From IMG/VR virus record IMGVR_UViG_3300030085_004590, positions 1 to 64,000 of that record: a stretch of DNA of 64,000 bases. One strand, 5' to 3'. This DNA is from a virus. A program made the position numbers and the translations under genes. This document shows positions 38,601 to 48,090 of this stretch, in pieces. Position 1 is the first letter of the stretch. The number at the start of each line of letters is the position of its first letter. Below the pieces are notes generated by a model that saw only the letters and a list, made by a program, of their open reading frames with translations, was not told where the DNA came from and searched no databases.

Positions 38601-41600
38601 AACATATGTGACTGGTAAAAAAGTAAGATTCGATTTATCAGTTTCTAAGATTGGTGTTGATGGTGTAAATGGTGCAAGTGGTTCAAATGCAAGAGCAGTA
38701 TCTCTTTCATCAGATAAATACGCAATAGTATATGATGGTGATGGTAATCTACATCCATCAAATCAAAACTTTACACTTAGTGGTTCCGCACAAAACTTTA
38801 ACACACCTGAATTCCAATTCTTAAGTGGTGGAGCAGTAATACACGATTTCGCAACTACTTCTGAAGTTGTAATATCATCTTCTGGTTATCCATCCGCTGG
38901 AACTTCAATTATTTATGAAGTAAGAACAAGAGAACAAGGTGGTTCTTATGAAGGTGTGTTTGATAATATAGATGTGTTTGCAGTTCAATCGGGTTCGGAT
39001 GCATTTACAGTATTTTTGACTAATGAAGCTCATGTATTCTCTGCAACATCAGAATCAACAGTAACAAGTGATTTAGAAGGTGGTTCTTTTGAAGTAAGAT
39101 TTTTTAGAGGAGCAGAACAATACAATTTTGGTACATCTGGTAAATCATATGGTGTGTCTGCAACATCATCGAGTATTGAACTAGCACAATCAACAAATAG
39201 TAATCAAAGAAAATTTACTCCAACATCTATAAGTGGAGATAGTGGTAGTGCATCAATTACAATTACAGATAATAATACATCTCAAACATTTGATAAACAA
39301 TATTCATTTACATTATCAAAAGAAGGATTAGTTGGTGAAAGAGGTGCAGATGGTGCAAATGGAGCAAGTGGTTCTAACGCAAAAGCAGTATCACTATCAT
39401 CTACAAAATATGCAGTTGTTTATGATGGTGACGGAAATTTATTTCCAGCAAATCAAAATTTTAATCTATCAGGTTCTGCTCAAAACTTTTCTAATCCAGA
39501 ATTTCAATTTTTAAGTGGTAGTGATGTTCTACATGATTTTGCTTCAACATCTGAAGTAACTATTTCAAGTTCAGGCTATCCTCTTGCAGGGGGTTCCACT
39601 TTGTATGAAGTACGAGTAAGAGAAAATGGTGGTACATATGATGGAGTATTTGATAATATTGATGTATTCGGAGTACAATCTGGTTCAGCTGCATTTACAA
39701 CTTTCTTAACAAATGAAGCTCATGTATTTTCAGCACAATCAACTGGTGAGGTAACTTCAACATTTTCAGATGGTAATTTTGAAACAAGATTTTTTAGAGG
39801 TTCAACACAATTTACTTATGATGGTTCTTCACCATATGCTGATAATTCATATAGGTTAGCAAATGTTACTGAAACAAACATTACTTCATCTCAATCTACA
39901 AATAGTAATCAAAGATTATTTACAATTACTGGTATAAACTCAGGTTCGGATAATGGAACAATTACACTTGATTTAATAGATAACAATACAGGTACAACTT
40001 TTGAAAAAACTTATACATTTAGTAAATCTAAAAAAGGTGTACCAGTAACTACATTATCAGCTTCACCACAAGCACAATCAGTAACAAGTGGTTCAGGTGG
40101 TATAGGAACTCCAACTAATGTAACTATTGTAGCAAACGAAGGTGGTAGTGATTACACATACACAACTGGTACAGTAACTGCAAATAAATTTAAAATTACT
40201 GGTGTAACAAATGGTACTAATAATAATGATGGAACAATTACACCAGATACACCAACTAATTCAACGGCAGTTGAAGGTGGTGTTACTGCAAGTTATACAA
40301 ATTCAGAAGGAACAGAATTTACAGGCAAAACAATCCCATTTAGTGTTGGTGTTACTGGTTTAGGTGATGTTGGTCCGGCTGGTTCAGCAGGAACAGATGC
40401 ACTAGCGATTAAATTAACTGCATCACAATATGTTGTGTTATATGATGGTGCTGGAAGTAAAACAGCTGTAGCAATTATTTTGACCGGTACTGCTCAGAAT
40501 TTTACATCACCTGAATATAGATTTTTAGAGAATGGTGTAGAAAGACAAACTTGGGGTTCAACAAATACATACACGATACCAGATTCACAAGAAGCAGCTG
40601 CAAACTCAGCAGACCTTTGGAAAGTTGAAGTAAGAGAAGGTTCAAGTGGTACTTATGATGCATTTGATGAAACAAACATCTATGGTGTACAAGATGGTAC
40701 TGATGGTACTCCTGGTGCTGATGCATATACTGTTCTTTTAACAAATGAAGCTCATACACTTCCAACTACAAATGCTGGTACCGTAACTTATACTGGTTCA
40801 GGTACCTCTGTTATTGTTTATAAAGGTACAACTGAATTGGATGGTGTAACAAGTGGTACACCAGGTAGTGGTGAATTTAAAGTAACTGCAACCGCAACAA
40901 ATATTACTGCAGGTTCACAAACATCAACTGGTAATCCTGTCGTGTTTGCAAATGCAAGTTCAATTTCTGCAGATACCGCACAGATATCATTTAGTATTAA
41001 TATAGAAAATAGTGTAACAGTTACCAAAATACAAAGTTTCGGTAAATCAATACAAGGTGATGATGGTACTCCAGGTGCCTCAGGTAAAAGAACTGGAACT
41101 GGTATGGTTCATTACAATGCTGCATCCTCTACTCAACCAAGTAGTCCTGATGATGGTTCTACAACCTTTACATTCAGTACTGGTGTAATGAGTGGTATGA
41201 CAAGTGGTTGGCAAATGGGTGCACCTACATACCAATCTGGTAACACTAACAAATATTGGTATGCAACATTTACCGCAGAAGAAGATACTGCTGGTGGTGG
41301 TACTTCTACAAATTCAAATAATGATTTTGGTACAGTAACACAAGCAATTGGATTTAGTGGTTTAGTTTCCTTTACTTCTGCAAATAATGTATCAGATGGT
41401 TCTAACACATTATCATTTGGTGCTGCAGGTTCAACTTTGATTAATGGTGATAATATTTCTACTGGTCGAATTATATCAACAAACTATGTAACTGGTTCTG
41501 GTGATGGATTTACCACAACTGGTGTTGAATTCGATTTAGATAATAACAACTTTGCAGCAGAAGAATTTTTTATTAGTCAAGGAAATGCTAACTTTAGTGG

Positions 41601-42921
41601 TAGTATTGCTGGTGGTAATATTTCAATCGGTGATGGTGCTTTTACAGTTACTAATCAAGGTGTACTTAATGCTCAAAGTGCAGTAATTAGTGGTTCAATA
41701 TTTTCTGAAGGTGGAACGATTGGTGGTTTTTCAATTTTTGAAAGAGAATTATCAAATACAGATAGAACCATACAATTAATTTCAACTACTGACCCTGTCA
41801 TAAAACTACAAGATAGTTCAAACCAAGATAAAATTGTTTTAAGTACAGAATCTCAGTTAACACCAGTTGGGGGAACATTCTCTGGTGTTACTCTTGGTAT
41901 AAATGGAACAACTCAGAATAGTTATTCTAATTTAATATCACAAAATGGTAGTAGTCTTGGACATACCAATTCTACTTTATTAGTAAGTACAGGTACTGCA
42001 ACTCGTTTTCCATCTAGTGGTAATATACCTTCCGCAGCAGATGGTTTAACTTTAACCGCAGCTATTGCAATTGATGAACATAGTTCCTTAAACCCAATAG
42101 GAAAAGCAACCTATACACCGGCACCTGGTTATTATTTTACTGGTGGTAATTTAAGTATTAACTATGGTGTTAAAGTATATAAAAATGGTTCAACTTTATT
42201 ACAAACAGTTACAAAATTTCAATCAATAAATGTAGCACCAGGTAGTTATGGTTCTACTGAACTCAAAACAAGTGCTGGTTCCGAAACTTGTAACTTCTCA
42301 TTTGCAGTAGAATCAGGTGCGTATTATGAATTTAAAACCTTCGTTTCTTATGTATCTACATATGGTACATTTACAACAAGTTATTTTAATTCTCATACTC
42401 TTAGAACAACGACAAAGACACCAGAAATACAAACTTCAGGTACGAGTGCAACTTTATCAGCAGCTGGTTCAGTTTCATTCGCAGAAATAAACCAAGGTGG
42501 TCTACAAGTAATTACATCAGCAACACAACTTATTAGGTCTGATTTTAATTCACTTGATGCCTTATCAGTTACAGGTTCTATTTCTGCAACTGGTAATATT
42601 ACCGCTTTTGCTTCATCAGATGAAAGATTAAAAACAAATATACTTCCTATTGTACAACCCTTAGAAAAAATAAATAAAATTAGTGGAGTAGAATTTGATT
42701 GGGTTGAAGGATTTGAAGAGATTCATCACTTTGAAGGTCATGATGTTGGAGTAATTGCTCAACAAGTACAACCAATCTTACCTGAGATTACAAGATTAAA
42801 TAAAGTAAATGGATATTGGGGAGTAAAATATGAAAAACTTACACCACTATTAATCGAAGGAATCAAAGAACTTTCTAAAAAAGTTGAAGAACTAGAAAAC
42901 AAATTAAAAGATAAAGAATAA
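35611..42921 (+). CDS. long tail fibre / receptor-binding protein with C-terminal intramolecular chaperone (peptidase S74)
   Basis: 2436 aa, S/T/G-rich, internal repeats, short collagen-like G-x-x linkers; C-terminal SDERLK.NI...GVIAQ...LIEGIKEL coiled coil. Confidence 0.85.
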   Translation: MAIIKSFAPFQNLTNFEVFEVDNSPNSEYFRITELNETLTGGKNAFLIEGSEHLKETTEVKIEILDVEGNPIYFEPGKGTPDYYEGNSTLVSMHVYDDTPIGIGKITILGELKTFVGEDTITDVPLDWQGIYNVKWERDIQINKTLANETIVRFYKRPIINISEIVKPIFNKTINDSEATGSINGFPLQPSAGQRLSEWRAGTNYLLQRTSGTWDVDVDGNRITITSGSSTNIVHSGDILEVLSDTDLIIDSPYVDSNGDVTNFSNFTGSVAYQDIQNETIGETSITGSFAKIDITQLKTFVGDVARVKIFRKSRNAVGDFAFVQEAKLESQELLRDVTTAANTEVFFGKFTDDVLSNYWISSSNDHPITTDSSQLSRAAHIDYNNSAGGTQQLITSQSITISKDVEYTLKFKTLVSGSVDTDKSIRAFLSSSDFTQDFLTVSGSSIFQSKQDIEQNIIAENSGSAKLVLEVTGDDWYISNVSLRNAQDTSFSPDEFTIIQDIPRKTATETFDFRFEFYDVNNNFIPVNVTATKEFDGGNDFPTSGKLFTFESDRNAFRFSSGSIGNPPFQQIQFKTSQNNLTGSVTYASAAFDVDGTYIDPSSYTGTYPGTLTSVTPAGSIITIANFSGSDNTVTVGSIVYTASLDSLQEFETIFRLEDGDNAPQLVVTSDANQFIYEPTTLSPKPSSQSITVRAQRKNLASLVTPITINSGSNKPGLTYVDTSNGIDTYTISATAFSESFASNDFDSVTYQFTGSDVFGNEQSDEITLSKVINFDAVSIILTNEATSFQAKSTGEILGGLVPSSGSVQMFIGKNQISHDDESGGRNKNTFNITSSVGDNVTPTDTTPNTADYSISAFETAKDSGSLTLTIDYLAGDNTTTQSFEKVVSYTKAKKAVPTVLTKVSPSTQTINSSSLGYETPQTMEVVIQEGGDEYTFDGSLSGGGDSNAQKFNITGLFVDSGSISNSNEILTFGSLTSSFNSMIGSASLAYVDSEGTYVTGKKVRFDLSVSKIGVDGVNGASGSNARAVSLSSDKYAIVYDGDGNLHPSNQNFTLSGSAQNFNTPEFQFLSGGAVIHDFATTSEVVISSSGYPSAGTSIIYEVRTREQGGSYEGVFDNIDVFAVQSGSDAFTVFLTNEAHVFSATSESTVTSDLEGGSFEVRFFRGAEQYNFGTSGKSYGVSATSSSIELAQSTNSNQRKFTPTSISGDSGSASITITDNNTSQTFDKQYSFTLSKEGLVGERGADGANGASGSNAKAVSLSSTKYAVVYDGDGNLFPANQNFNLSGSAQNFSNPEFQFLSGSDVLHDFASTSEVTISSSGYPLAGGSTLYEVRVRENGGTYDGVFDNIDVFGVQSGSAAFTTFLTNEAHVFSAQSTGEVTSTFSDGNFETRFFRGSTQFTYDGSSPYADNSYRLANVTETNITSSQSTNSNQRLFTITGINSGSDNGTITLDLIDNNTGTTFEKTYTFSKSKKGVPVTTLSASPQAQSVTSGSGGIGTPTNVTIVANEGGSDYTYTTGTVTANKFKITGVTNGTNNNDGTITPDTPTNSTAVEGGVTASYTNSEGTEFTGKTIPFSVGVTGLGDVGPAGSAGTDALAIKLTASQYVVLYDGAGSKTAVAIILTGTAQNFTSPEYRFLENGVERQTWGSTNTYTIPDSQEAAANSADLWKVEVREGSSGTYDAFDETNIYGVQDGTDGTPGADAYTVLLTNEAHTLPTTNAGTVTYTGSGTSVIVYKGTTELDGVTSGTPGSGEFKVTATATNITAGSQTSTGNPVVFANASSISADTAQISFSINIENSVTVTKIQSFGKSIQGDDGTPGASGKRTGTGMVHYNAASSTQPSSPDDGSTTFTFSTGVMSGMTSGWQMGAPTYQSGNTNKYWYATFTAEEDTAGGGTSTNSNNDFGTVTQAIGFSGLVSFTSANNVSDGSNTLSFGAAGSTLINGDNISTGRIISTNYVTGSGDGFTTTGVEFDLDNNNFAAEEFFISQGNANFSGSIAGGNISIGDGAFTVTNQGVLNAQSAVISGSIFSEGGTIGGFSIFERELSNTDRTIQLISTTDPVIKLQDSSNQDKIVLSTESQLTPVGGTFSGVTLGINGTTQNSYSNLISQNGSSLGHTNSTLLVSTGTATRFPSSGNIPSAADGLTLTAAIAIDEHSSLNPIGKATYTPAPGYYFTGGNLSINYGVKVYKNGSTLLQTVTKFQSINVAPGSYGSTELKTSAGSETCNFSFAVESGAYYEFKTFVSYVSTYGTFTTSYFNSHTLRTTTKTPEIQTSGTSATLSAAGSVSFAEINQGGLQVITSATQLIRSDFNSLDALSVTGSISATGNITAFASSDERLKTNILPIVQPLEKINKISGVEFDWVEGFEEIHHFEGHDVGVIAQQVQPILPEITRLNKVNGYWGVKYEKLTPLLIEGIKELSKKVEELENKLKDKE
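38659..41060 (+). repeat. internal tandem domain repeats in the tail fibre (~230 aa unit)
   Basis: DG.NGASGSNA.AVSLSS.KYA.VYDGDGNL starts near 38659 and 39349 (690-bp period); a diverged third copy starts near 40390; LTNEAH is conserved. Confidence 0.85.
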
Positions 42922-44984
42922 TGCCACAATTACCAGCATCAGGAATAATATCAGCTTCGATGATAAATATTGCTTTGGGTAACCCAGCCGGAGATGAAAT
43001 CAGTTGGGGCGATATGGCAACAGAATATGATTTATCATCACCAAATTATGGAGATTCAGACCCAGGTCTTGGTTTAGATGAATTGTATGGAAGATATCCC
43101 GCAGCTGGCGATTTCGTATTTGATGATGCGTTTCCATCTTCAAGTGATACTGGTTGGATAATAAATAATGATGCACAAAATCAATCTACACCACAAACAA
43201 ATGAAGGTACGATTAATTCTATTACTTATAATGGAACAGTAGATTCAACTCCAACTTGGGCAAAAGTTTGGACAGGTACTACAAGAACTGCAGATATAGT
43301 AGTTACCATTCCACAAAACGACCCCCTTTCTCAACCATATAATAATTACCCAGGTACAGTATCAGGACAAGTTTCAACAACACAAAATGCCTATAACTTG
43401 GTAGAAGAAGATTTAAGTGGTGCGGATAGTATGGGTATAAATGCTCAGACAGGTGAAGTAACTTGGACTGCTGGTAATGATAATGAACGAAATTCACCAA
43501 TTACCACAACTACTTTTGCAAAATCAAGTCCCAACACAATTAATCCATCAGCAGGAGAGGCAGGAGTATTTAAAACATATTATACTGTTTTAACAAATAA
43601 TAGTAAAACAACAATCAGTGCGGGAGATAACTATATGGTAGTAGGAGTACCATCCACTGCTCAAGGAAGTGGACAATATGGTAATTATCCGGGAACAGTC
43701 AGTAAAGATTTCCCTACCACAACTCAGTATTCATCTTCATCACTTGAAATTATAGGATATTTAGGGGGAGTTGCTCCAACAATAGTTGGTGCAGCTACTT
43801 CATCAATTACATTTGATTGGGATGAAGATGGTCCTTCAAATGGAAAAAGAGTAGGAGTGGATATTACAGCAGGATATAATGTATCATCTCAACCTATGCA
43901 AATTAATGGTATAACAATGAACAGTTCTTACGGTCCGACAGGAGATGCAGTTCCAGGTTCTCCTCAATTTGATGATAGAATGGTAATTGTATCAGGTAGT
44001 ACCTCAACCGATTCTGGTTCAACTGGTATTGGGTTTCAACAATATTCTGGTAATGGAGAAACAAATGGTTCAAGTCCTCCACTAAGAATTTATATGAATG
44101 GAAGGAATACAAGTACAACAAATGCTGTTAGTAGGTCAATTTCATTTACAACACAATATGGTGGTTCTTTTATATTAAATGTATTTCAATTACCAAACAT
44201 AAGTTTTGTGTGTAATCCGACAGGAGCAGTGTTTACATTCTTAGCAGGTGGTGCTACAACTCGTACAGTTACTATCACTACTGGTCTTTCTTGGACTGCT
44301 GCTATTACAAATGGTAGTGGTGCTACATTTAGTTTTAATAGTGGATTTAGTAATACTTCTACAAGTGCAACTGGTAATGGTTCGGTAACTGTTTATACAA
44401 CATCTGCTAATAGTGGTACTGCAAAAACTGGTACTATGACAATTACACCAACTGGTTACCCAAGTTTGGCAGAAAGTTATTCATTATCACAAGCAGCAGC
44501 AACAGTAACATCTAATGCTTGGGCTAATTTGGCAGGAAGTTGGGTAGATTATTCAACAAGTACCTCAAGTATAACAATTAATCAGAACACATCTTATCCA
44601 TATGCTTGGTCGGTTAGTTATTTCCCAATAGCAATGAAAACAAATTATGTTACTACTTATGGTGCATCTTTATCAAATACTACTTATATTACAATAGGAA
44701 GTAACAGTTCAGGAGGTTCTAGTTTACTTTCAAGTATAAATAGTGTTGCTAGTAATCCAACTCTTGCTCAGTTCTATGTTAATATTGGACATACGCCAAC
44801 ACAACAATATAGTACTGGAACTACTTTTAGTACTACCGTTACTGTTACTTTCAATAGTGGTGAAGTACATTATATAACTGTTAAATTAAAAGGTAGTGGT
44901 ACTGGTGGTGGTGGTACTCCACCGGGTGGTGGTTCACCAAGTGGTCCTCCAGGTGGTCCTCCTCCAGAAGGCGGTATGGAATAA
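42921..44984 (+). CDS. putative tail fibre / adhesin protein
   Basis: M.LP.SG.IS.S.IN N-terminus typical of fibre-tip proteins; S/T/G-rich with a BACON-like segment; Gly/Pro tail. Confidence 0.6.
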   Translation: MPQLPASGIISASMINIALGNPAGDEISWGDMATEYDLSSPNYGDSDPGLGLDELYGRYPAAGDFVFDDAFPSSSDTGWIINNDAQNQSTPQTNEGTINSITYNGTVDSTPTWAKVWTGTTRTADIVVTIPQNDPLSQPYNNYPGTVSGQVSTTQNAYNLVEEDLSGADSMGINAQTGEVTWTAGNDNERNSPITTTTFAKSSPNTINPSAGEAGVFKTYYTVLTNNSKTTISAGDNYMVVGVPSTAQGSGQYGNYPGTVSKDFPTTTQYSSSSLEIIGYLGGVAPTIVGAATSSITFDWDEDGPSNGKRVGVDITAGYNVSSQPMQINGITMNSSYGPTGDAVPGSPQFDDRMVIVSGSTSTDSGSTGIGFQQYSGNGETNGSSPPLRIYMNGRNTSTTNAVSRSISFTTQYGGSFILNVFQLPNISFVCNPTGAVFTFLAGGATTRTVTITTGLSWTAAITNGSGATFSFNSGFSNTSTSATGNGSVTVYTTSANSGTAKTGTMTITPTGYPSLAESYSLSQAAATVTSNAWANLAGSWVDYSTSTSSITINQNTSYPYAWSVSYFPIAMKTNYVTTYGASLSNTTYITIGSNSSGGSSLLSSINSVASNPTLAQFYVNIGHTPTQQYSTGTTFSTTVTVTFNSGEVHYITVKLKGSGTGGGGTPPGGGSPSGPPGGPPPEGGME

Positions 44985-45017
44985 AATTAATTTTATAAAT
45001 AATAAAAAAATTAAGTT

Positions 45018-46208
45018 ATGGCAATATTTCGAGGTAAACAAAGAGATGAATTAAAAGGTTCATTAATGAATTATATTATTCATTGTAATGAAGAGATTGA
45101 TACTGATGTATTAGTAGATAAAATAAATAATTCACTTCCTTTTAAAGAACAAATAAAAACATCAGATTCATTTACATCAAGTGTCAATATATTAGTAACA
45201 ACTGGTGCAGGAAATACAATTCAAGGGGGTGCAGATATTTGGACAAACCATTTTTTAAAAACTATCTGGCCTAAATTACCAAAAAGAAAAAATTGGAGAT
45301 TGTTAATTGATTCAAAACGACCAGTTGATTTTGATTCAGAATCATTACCAAAAGGTTTAGTATTTCATTTTCATGGTGATGACCCTAATAAAACTGATGA
45401 ATGGTTAAAAGAATGTATGGGTATTTATTATCTACATTCTCATTATCATAAAAGAGAACACATTTGGAAGTATGAAAGTAAATTCAAAACAATTTTTGTA
45501 CATGCATATCCAAAAGAAATGCAAGAAGTTATAAACAAGGTACCTGAATTAAAACGATTACAATTTAATACAAAAGTTGAACCTGAATTTTACAATGATT
45601 TTTTACAATCATTTAAAAAAAGAATTTGGATAGGAAACAATCCAAGTAGTTTATTAGATGATTTTCCAAACTATACCTACACTATACCAAATTTTTACGA
45701 ATTTAAATACAATAAGAAACCATCTAAGGAGCTTTCTAAAAAAATAGGTTTTGCATCAAGGATAGAATCAAGAAAGTGTGTACATTGGATGCATGGACAC
45801 GAGGGATTTGTTTTATCATCGAGATATGATTTTGAAAATTTGAGAGATACTACTTCATATTCATTTCCAAATATAAAATTTTATCAATGGAATATGGATA
45901 TACATAATTCTTTTATGAATAAAGATTTCGATATTTTTCATGGAGCATATTTTAAAGAACCATTTGGTTATTCAATATTTCAAGCAGTGGATTATGGTAA
46001 GATTCCAATAATACACACAGATTGGGCAAAAGAAGTAGATTACAAATATAGAGCAAGTTCAAAAAATGAATTTGATAAGATGGTTAAAAAAATCCACTTT
46101 GATGATTCACGAACAAGATTTGTAGAATTTGCTAAATTAAAAACTTATATGAAAACATTTGATTACAAACAAATTTGGACAGAAAAAGTTTTAGAAAAAT
46201 TTATTTAA
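45018..46208 (+). CDS. GT-B fold glycosyltransferase (GT4-like)
   Basis: GFASRI..RK and EPFGYSIFQAVDYGKIPI (E-x7-E-like motif with Q). Confidence 0.6.
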   Translation: MAIFRGKQRDELKGSLMNYIIHCNEEIDTDVLVDKINNSLPFKEQIKTSDSFTSSVNILVTTGAGNTIQGGADIWTNHFLKTIWPKLPKRKNWRLLIDSKRPVDFDSESLPKGLVFHFHGDDPNKTDEWLKECMGIYYLHSHYHKREHIWKYESKFKTIFVHAYPKEMQEVINKVPELKRLQFNTKVEPEFYNDFLQSFKKRIWIGNNPSSLLDDFPNYTYTIPNFYEFKYNKKPSKELSKKIGFASRIESRKCVHWMHGHEGFVLSSRYDFENLRDTTSYSFPNIKFYQWNMDIHNSFMNKDFDIFHGAYFKEPFGYSIFQAVDYGKIPIIHTDWAKEVDYKYRASSKNEFDKMVKKIHFDDSRTRFVEFAKLKTYMKTFDYKQIWTEKVLEKFI

Positions 46209-46233
46209 TATATTTATATACACAAAAGATAAT

Positions 46234-47010
46234 ATGTCTATTATTAACTATGTCTTAGTTAAAGAGTTTTTTACCAACAACTTCAAGATAAAAAAAGACA
46301 CAAATCAAAAAGAGTTCAAAGATTTTTCACCTGTTAAATACAGATGGACACATGGAGCTACTGATTTTCATCTTGGTGATGGTTTACTCATTTATTCAGC
46401 TATTCAGTATATGAGAGCTAAAACTTGTGTCTGTTTAGGAAGTGGTGGTGGATTCATTCCACGAATCATGTCTCAGGCAAGAATGGATTTACATGACCAA
46501 AAAATATTTGAAGGTGAAAAACTTATGGAATGGGGAGATGTAGGAACAACTATTTTAGTTGATGCATCAAATGGTGTTGGTGGACATACTGATTGGGTAG
46601 AGAAAGATTCTTTTTTTAGAACTCATTTTCCATGTAGAGTAATTTTAGATACTACTGAAAATGCATATTATAATTTTTTCGTAAAAGAAGATATTAAGAT
46701 TGATTATCTTCATATTGATGCAGGACATTCTTATGAAGATGTAAAAAAAGATTTTGAATTATATTCAAAACTATTATCACCAAATGGTATTATATCAATA
46801 CACGATACAGATGAATCTTTTGAAAAAGAACATATAATATCGGATGATATAATAGATTCATATCATCAAGAATATGCTAATGGACCAGCAAAATTTGTAA
46901 AAGAATTAAAAGAAAATAAAGAGTGGGAAGTATTTAACTTCTTTAATAATGGTATTTTAAGAGATAAACCATCTTCTACTGGTCTAACATTTATTAGAAA
47001 AAATGCATAA
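46234..47010 (+). CDS. SAM-dependent methyltransferase (Methyltransf_24-like)
   Basis: LGSGGG, IDYLHIDAGHSYE.V..D and L.PNG.I..HD. Confidence 0.85.
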   Translation: MSIINYVLVKEFFTNNFKIKKDTNQKEFKDFSPVKYRWTHGATDFHLGDGLLIYSAIQYMRAKTCVCLGSGGGFIPRIMSQARMDLHDQKIFEGEKLMEWGDVGTTILVDASNGVGGHTDWVEKDSFFRTHFPCRVILDTTENAYYNFFVKEDIKIDYLHIDAGHSYEDVKKDFELYSKLLSPNGIISIHDTDESFEKEHIISDDIIDSYHQEYANGPAKFVKELKENKEWEVFNFFNNGILRDKPSSTGLTFIRKNA

Positions 47011-47857
47011 GATAAATTTAGTAACTGTTGTGGGACATAATATAACAATGTTACCACATATGTTAAATCATTATAAAGATATAGTAGATGAAGTATATGT
47101 AGTTGTTTATAGACAACACGAAGATGATGGTATAGTTGATAAAATAAAAAAATTAGGTATAACTCCATATAAAATTGTAACTGAACCAAAGTTTAATTGG
47201 GAAAAAGTTACTGAGTTATACAACGAAGTAAAAAAAACAAAACCAAACGAATGGTGGGTGGTTTCGGACGATGATGAATTCCATGTGTATCCTAAACCTT
47301 TACAAGAAATGATAAATGATTGTGAAGAAAATGGTTGGGAGTTTATAACAGGTGGATTCATCGATAGGATAGGAGAGGATGGTACATTTCCAAAAGTTTA
47401 TAATAAAACTAATATATGGAAAAAATTTCCTTATGGTGGATTTTTTAGATATCCACTTTCTCAAGCTTGTCCAAATAAATGTTGTGTTATGAAAGGGAGA
47501 GTAAAAGTAACACACGGACAACATTATGGTATTATTAAAGATAAGCACATTTGGGGAAAAGAAAATTTAAATCATCCTCTTCGATATCCACCGGGTAGAG
47601 GAGAAGGGTTTGTACAAGTACACCACTTTAAGTGGGATTCAACCGTTTTAGAAAGATTAAAAGAAGTTTCTGAAACAAAAAAAGAGTACACTTTTTGGGA
47701 AGAATACCAAAAAATGTATGATGCAATAAAAGATTCTGATTGGAAAATTGATATTTCAAATAAAGAATTTTTTATGGAACGATTACATCAAAATCCAAGT
47801 GAACATTGGGAATATTCAAAATGGAATCGTTTGTTAAAAAAAATTATCGCGGTTTGA
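47003..47857 (+). CDS. GT-A glycosyltransferase (GT2-like)
   Basis: HY...VD..YV, WW...DDDEF, G.H and HHFKW. Confidence 0.7.
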   Translation: MHKINLVTVVGHNITMLPHMLNHYKDIVDEVYVVVYRQHEDDGIVDKIKKLGITPYKIVTEPKFNWEKVTELYNEVKKTKPNEWWVVSDDDEFHVYPKPLQEMINDCEENGWEFITGGFIDRIGEDGTFPKVYNKTNIWKKFPYGGFFRYPLSQACPNKCCVMKGRVKVTHGQHYGIIKDKHIWGKENLNHPLRYPPGRGEGFVQVHHFKWDSTVLERLKEVSETKKEYTFWEEYQKMYDAIKDSDWKIDISNKEFFMERLHQNPSEHWEYSKWNRLLKKIIAV

Positions 47858-47903
47858 TAGTTTTTATATATTTATATATGTATTTAAAATTAAATTAAAA
47901 GTT

Positions 47904-48083
47904 ATGCCAGCAAAAAAAGACGAAACAGCACAAATTTTAGAAGAGAGAAAAGTAAAAGCTCTTGAAAAAATTGCTAATTCATTAGATGCACTTACTTTAT
48001 GGTTTGAAGAAATCGATAAAGAAGATTGGGGACCAAGAATCGAATGGTACCTTTCAGAGTGGTACGAAAAGAAAATCAAGTAA
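47904..48083 (+). CDS. small hypothetical protein (59 aa)
   Basis: MPAKKDETAQILEERKVKALEKIANSLDALTLWFEEIDKEDWGPRIEWYLSEWYEKKIK*; follows ATATTTATA 47868. Not in the ORF track. Confidence 0.75.
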   Translation: MPAKKDETAQILEERKVKALEKIANSLDALTLWFEEIDKEDWGPRIEWYLSEWYEKKIK

Positions 48084-48090
48084 ATAACTT

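Noticed and set aside
38659-40030. Tail-fibre repeat pair as a DGR template/variable region
   Set aside because: Both copies are in-frame coding, the differences are not adenine-specific, and no reverse transcriptase is in the window.
44893-44984. GC-rich Gly/Pro low-complexity stretch (also 17400-17520)
   Set aside because: Explained by in-frame Gly/Pro codons at protein C-termini; no sign of a separate element.
47864-48079. 71-aa minus-strand ORF
   Set aside because: It is the shadow of the plus-strand 59-aa ORF (47904-48083), which has the late motif upstream and fits the operon direction.
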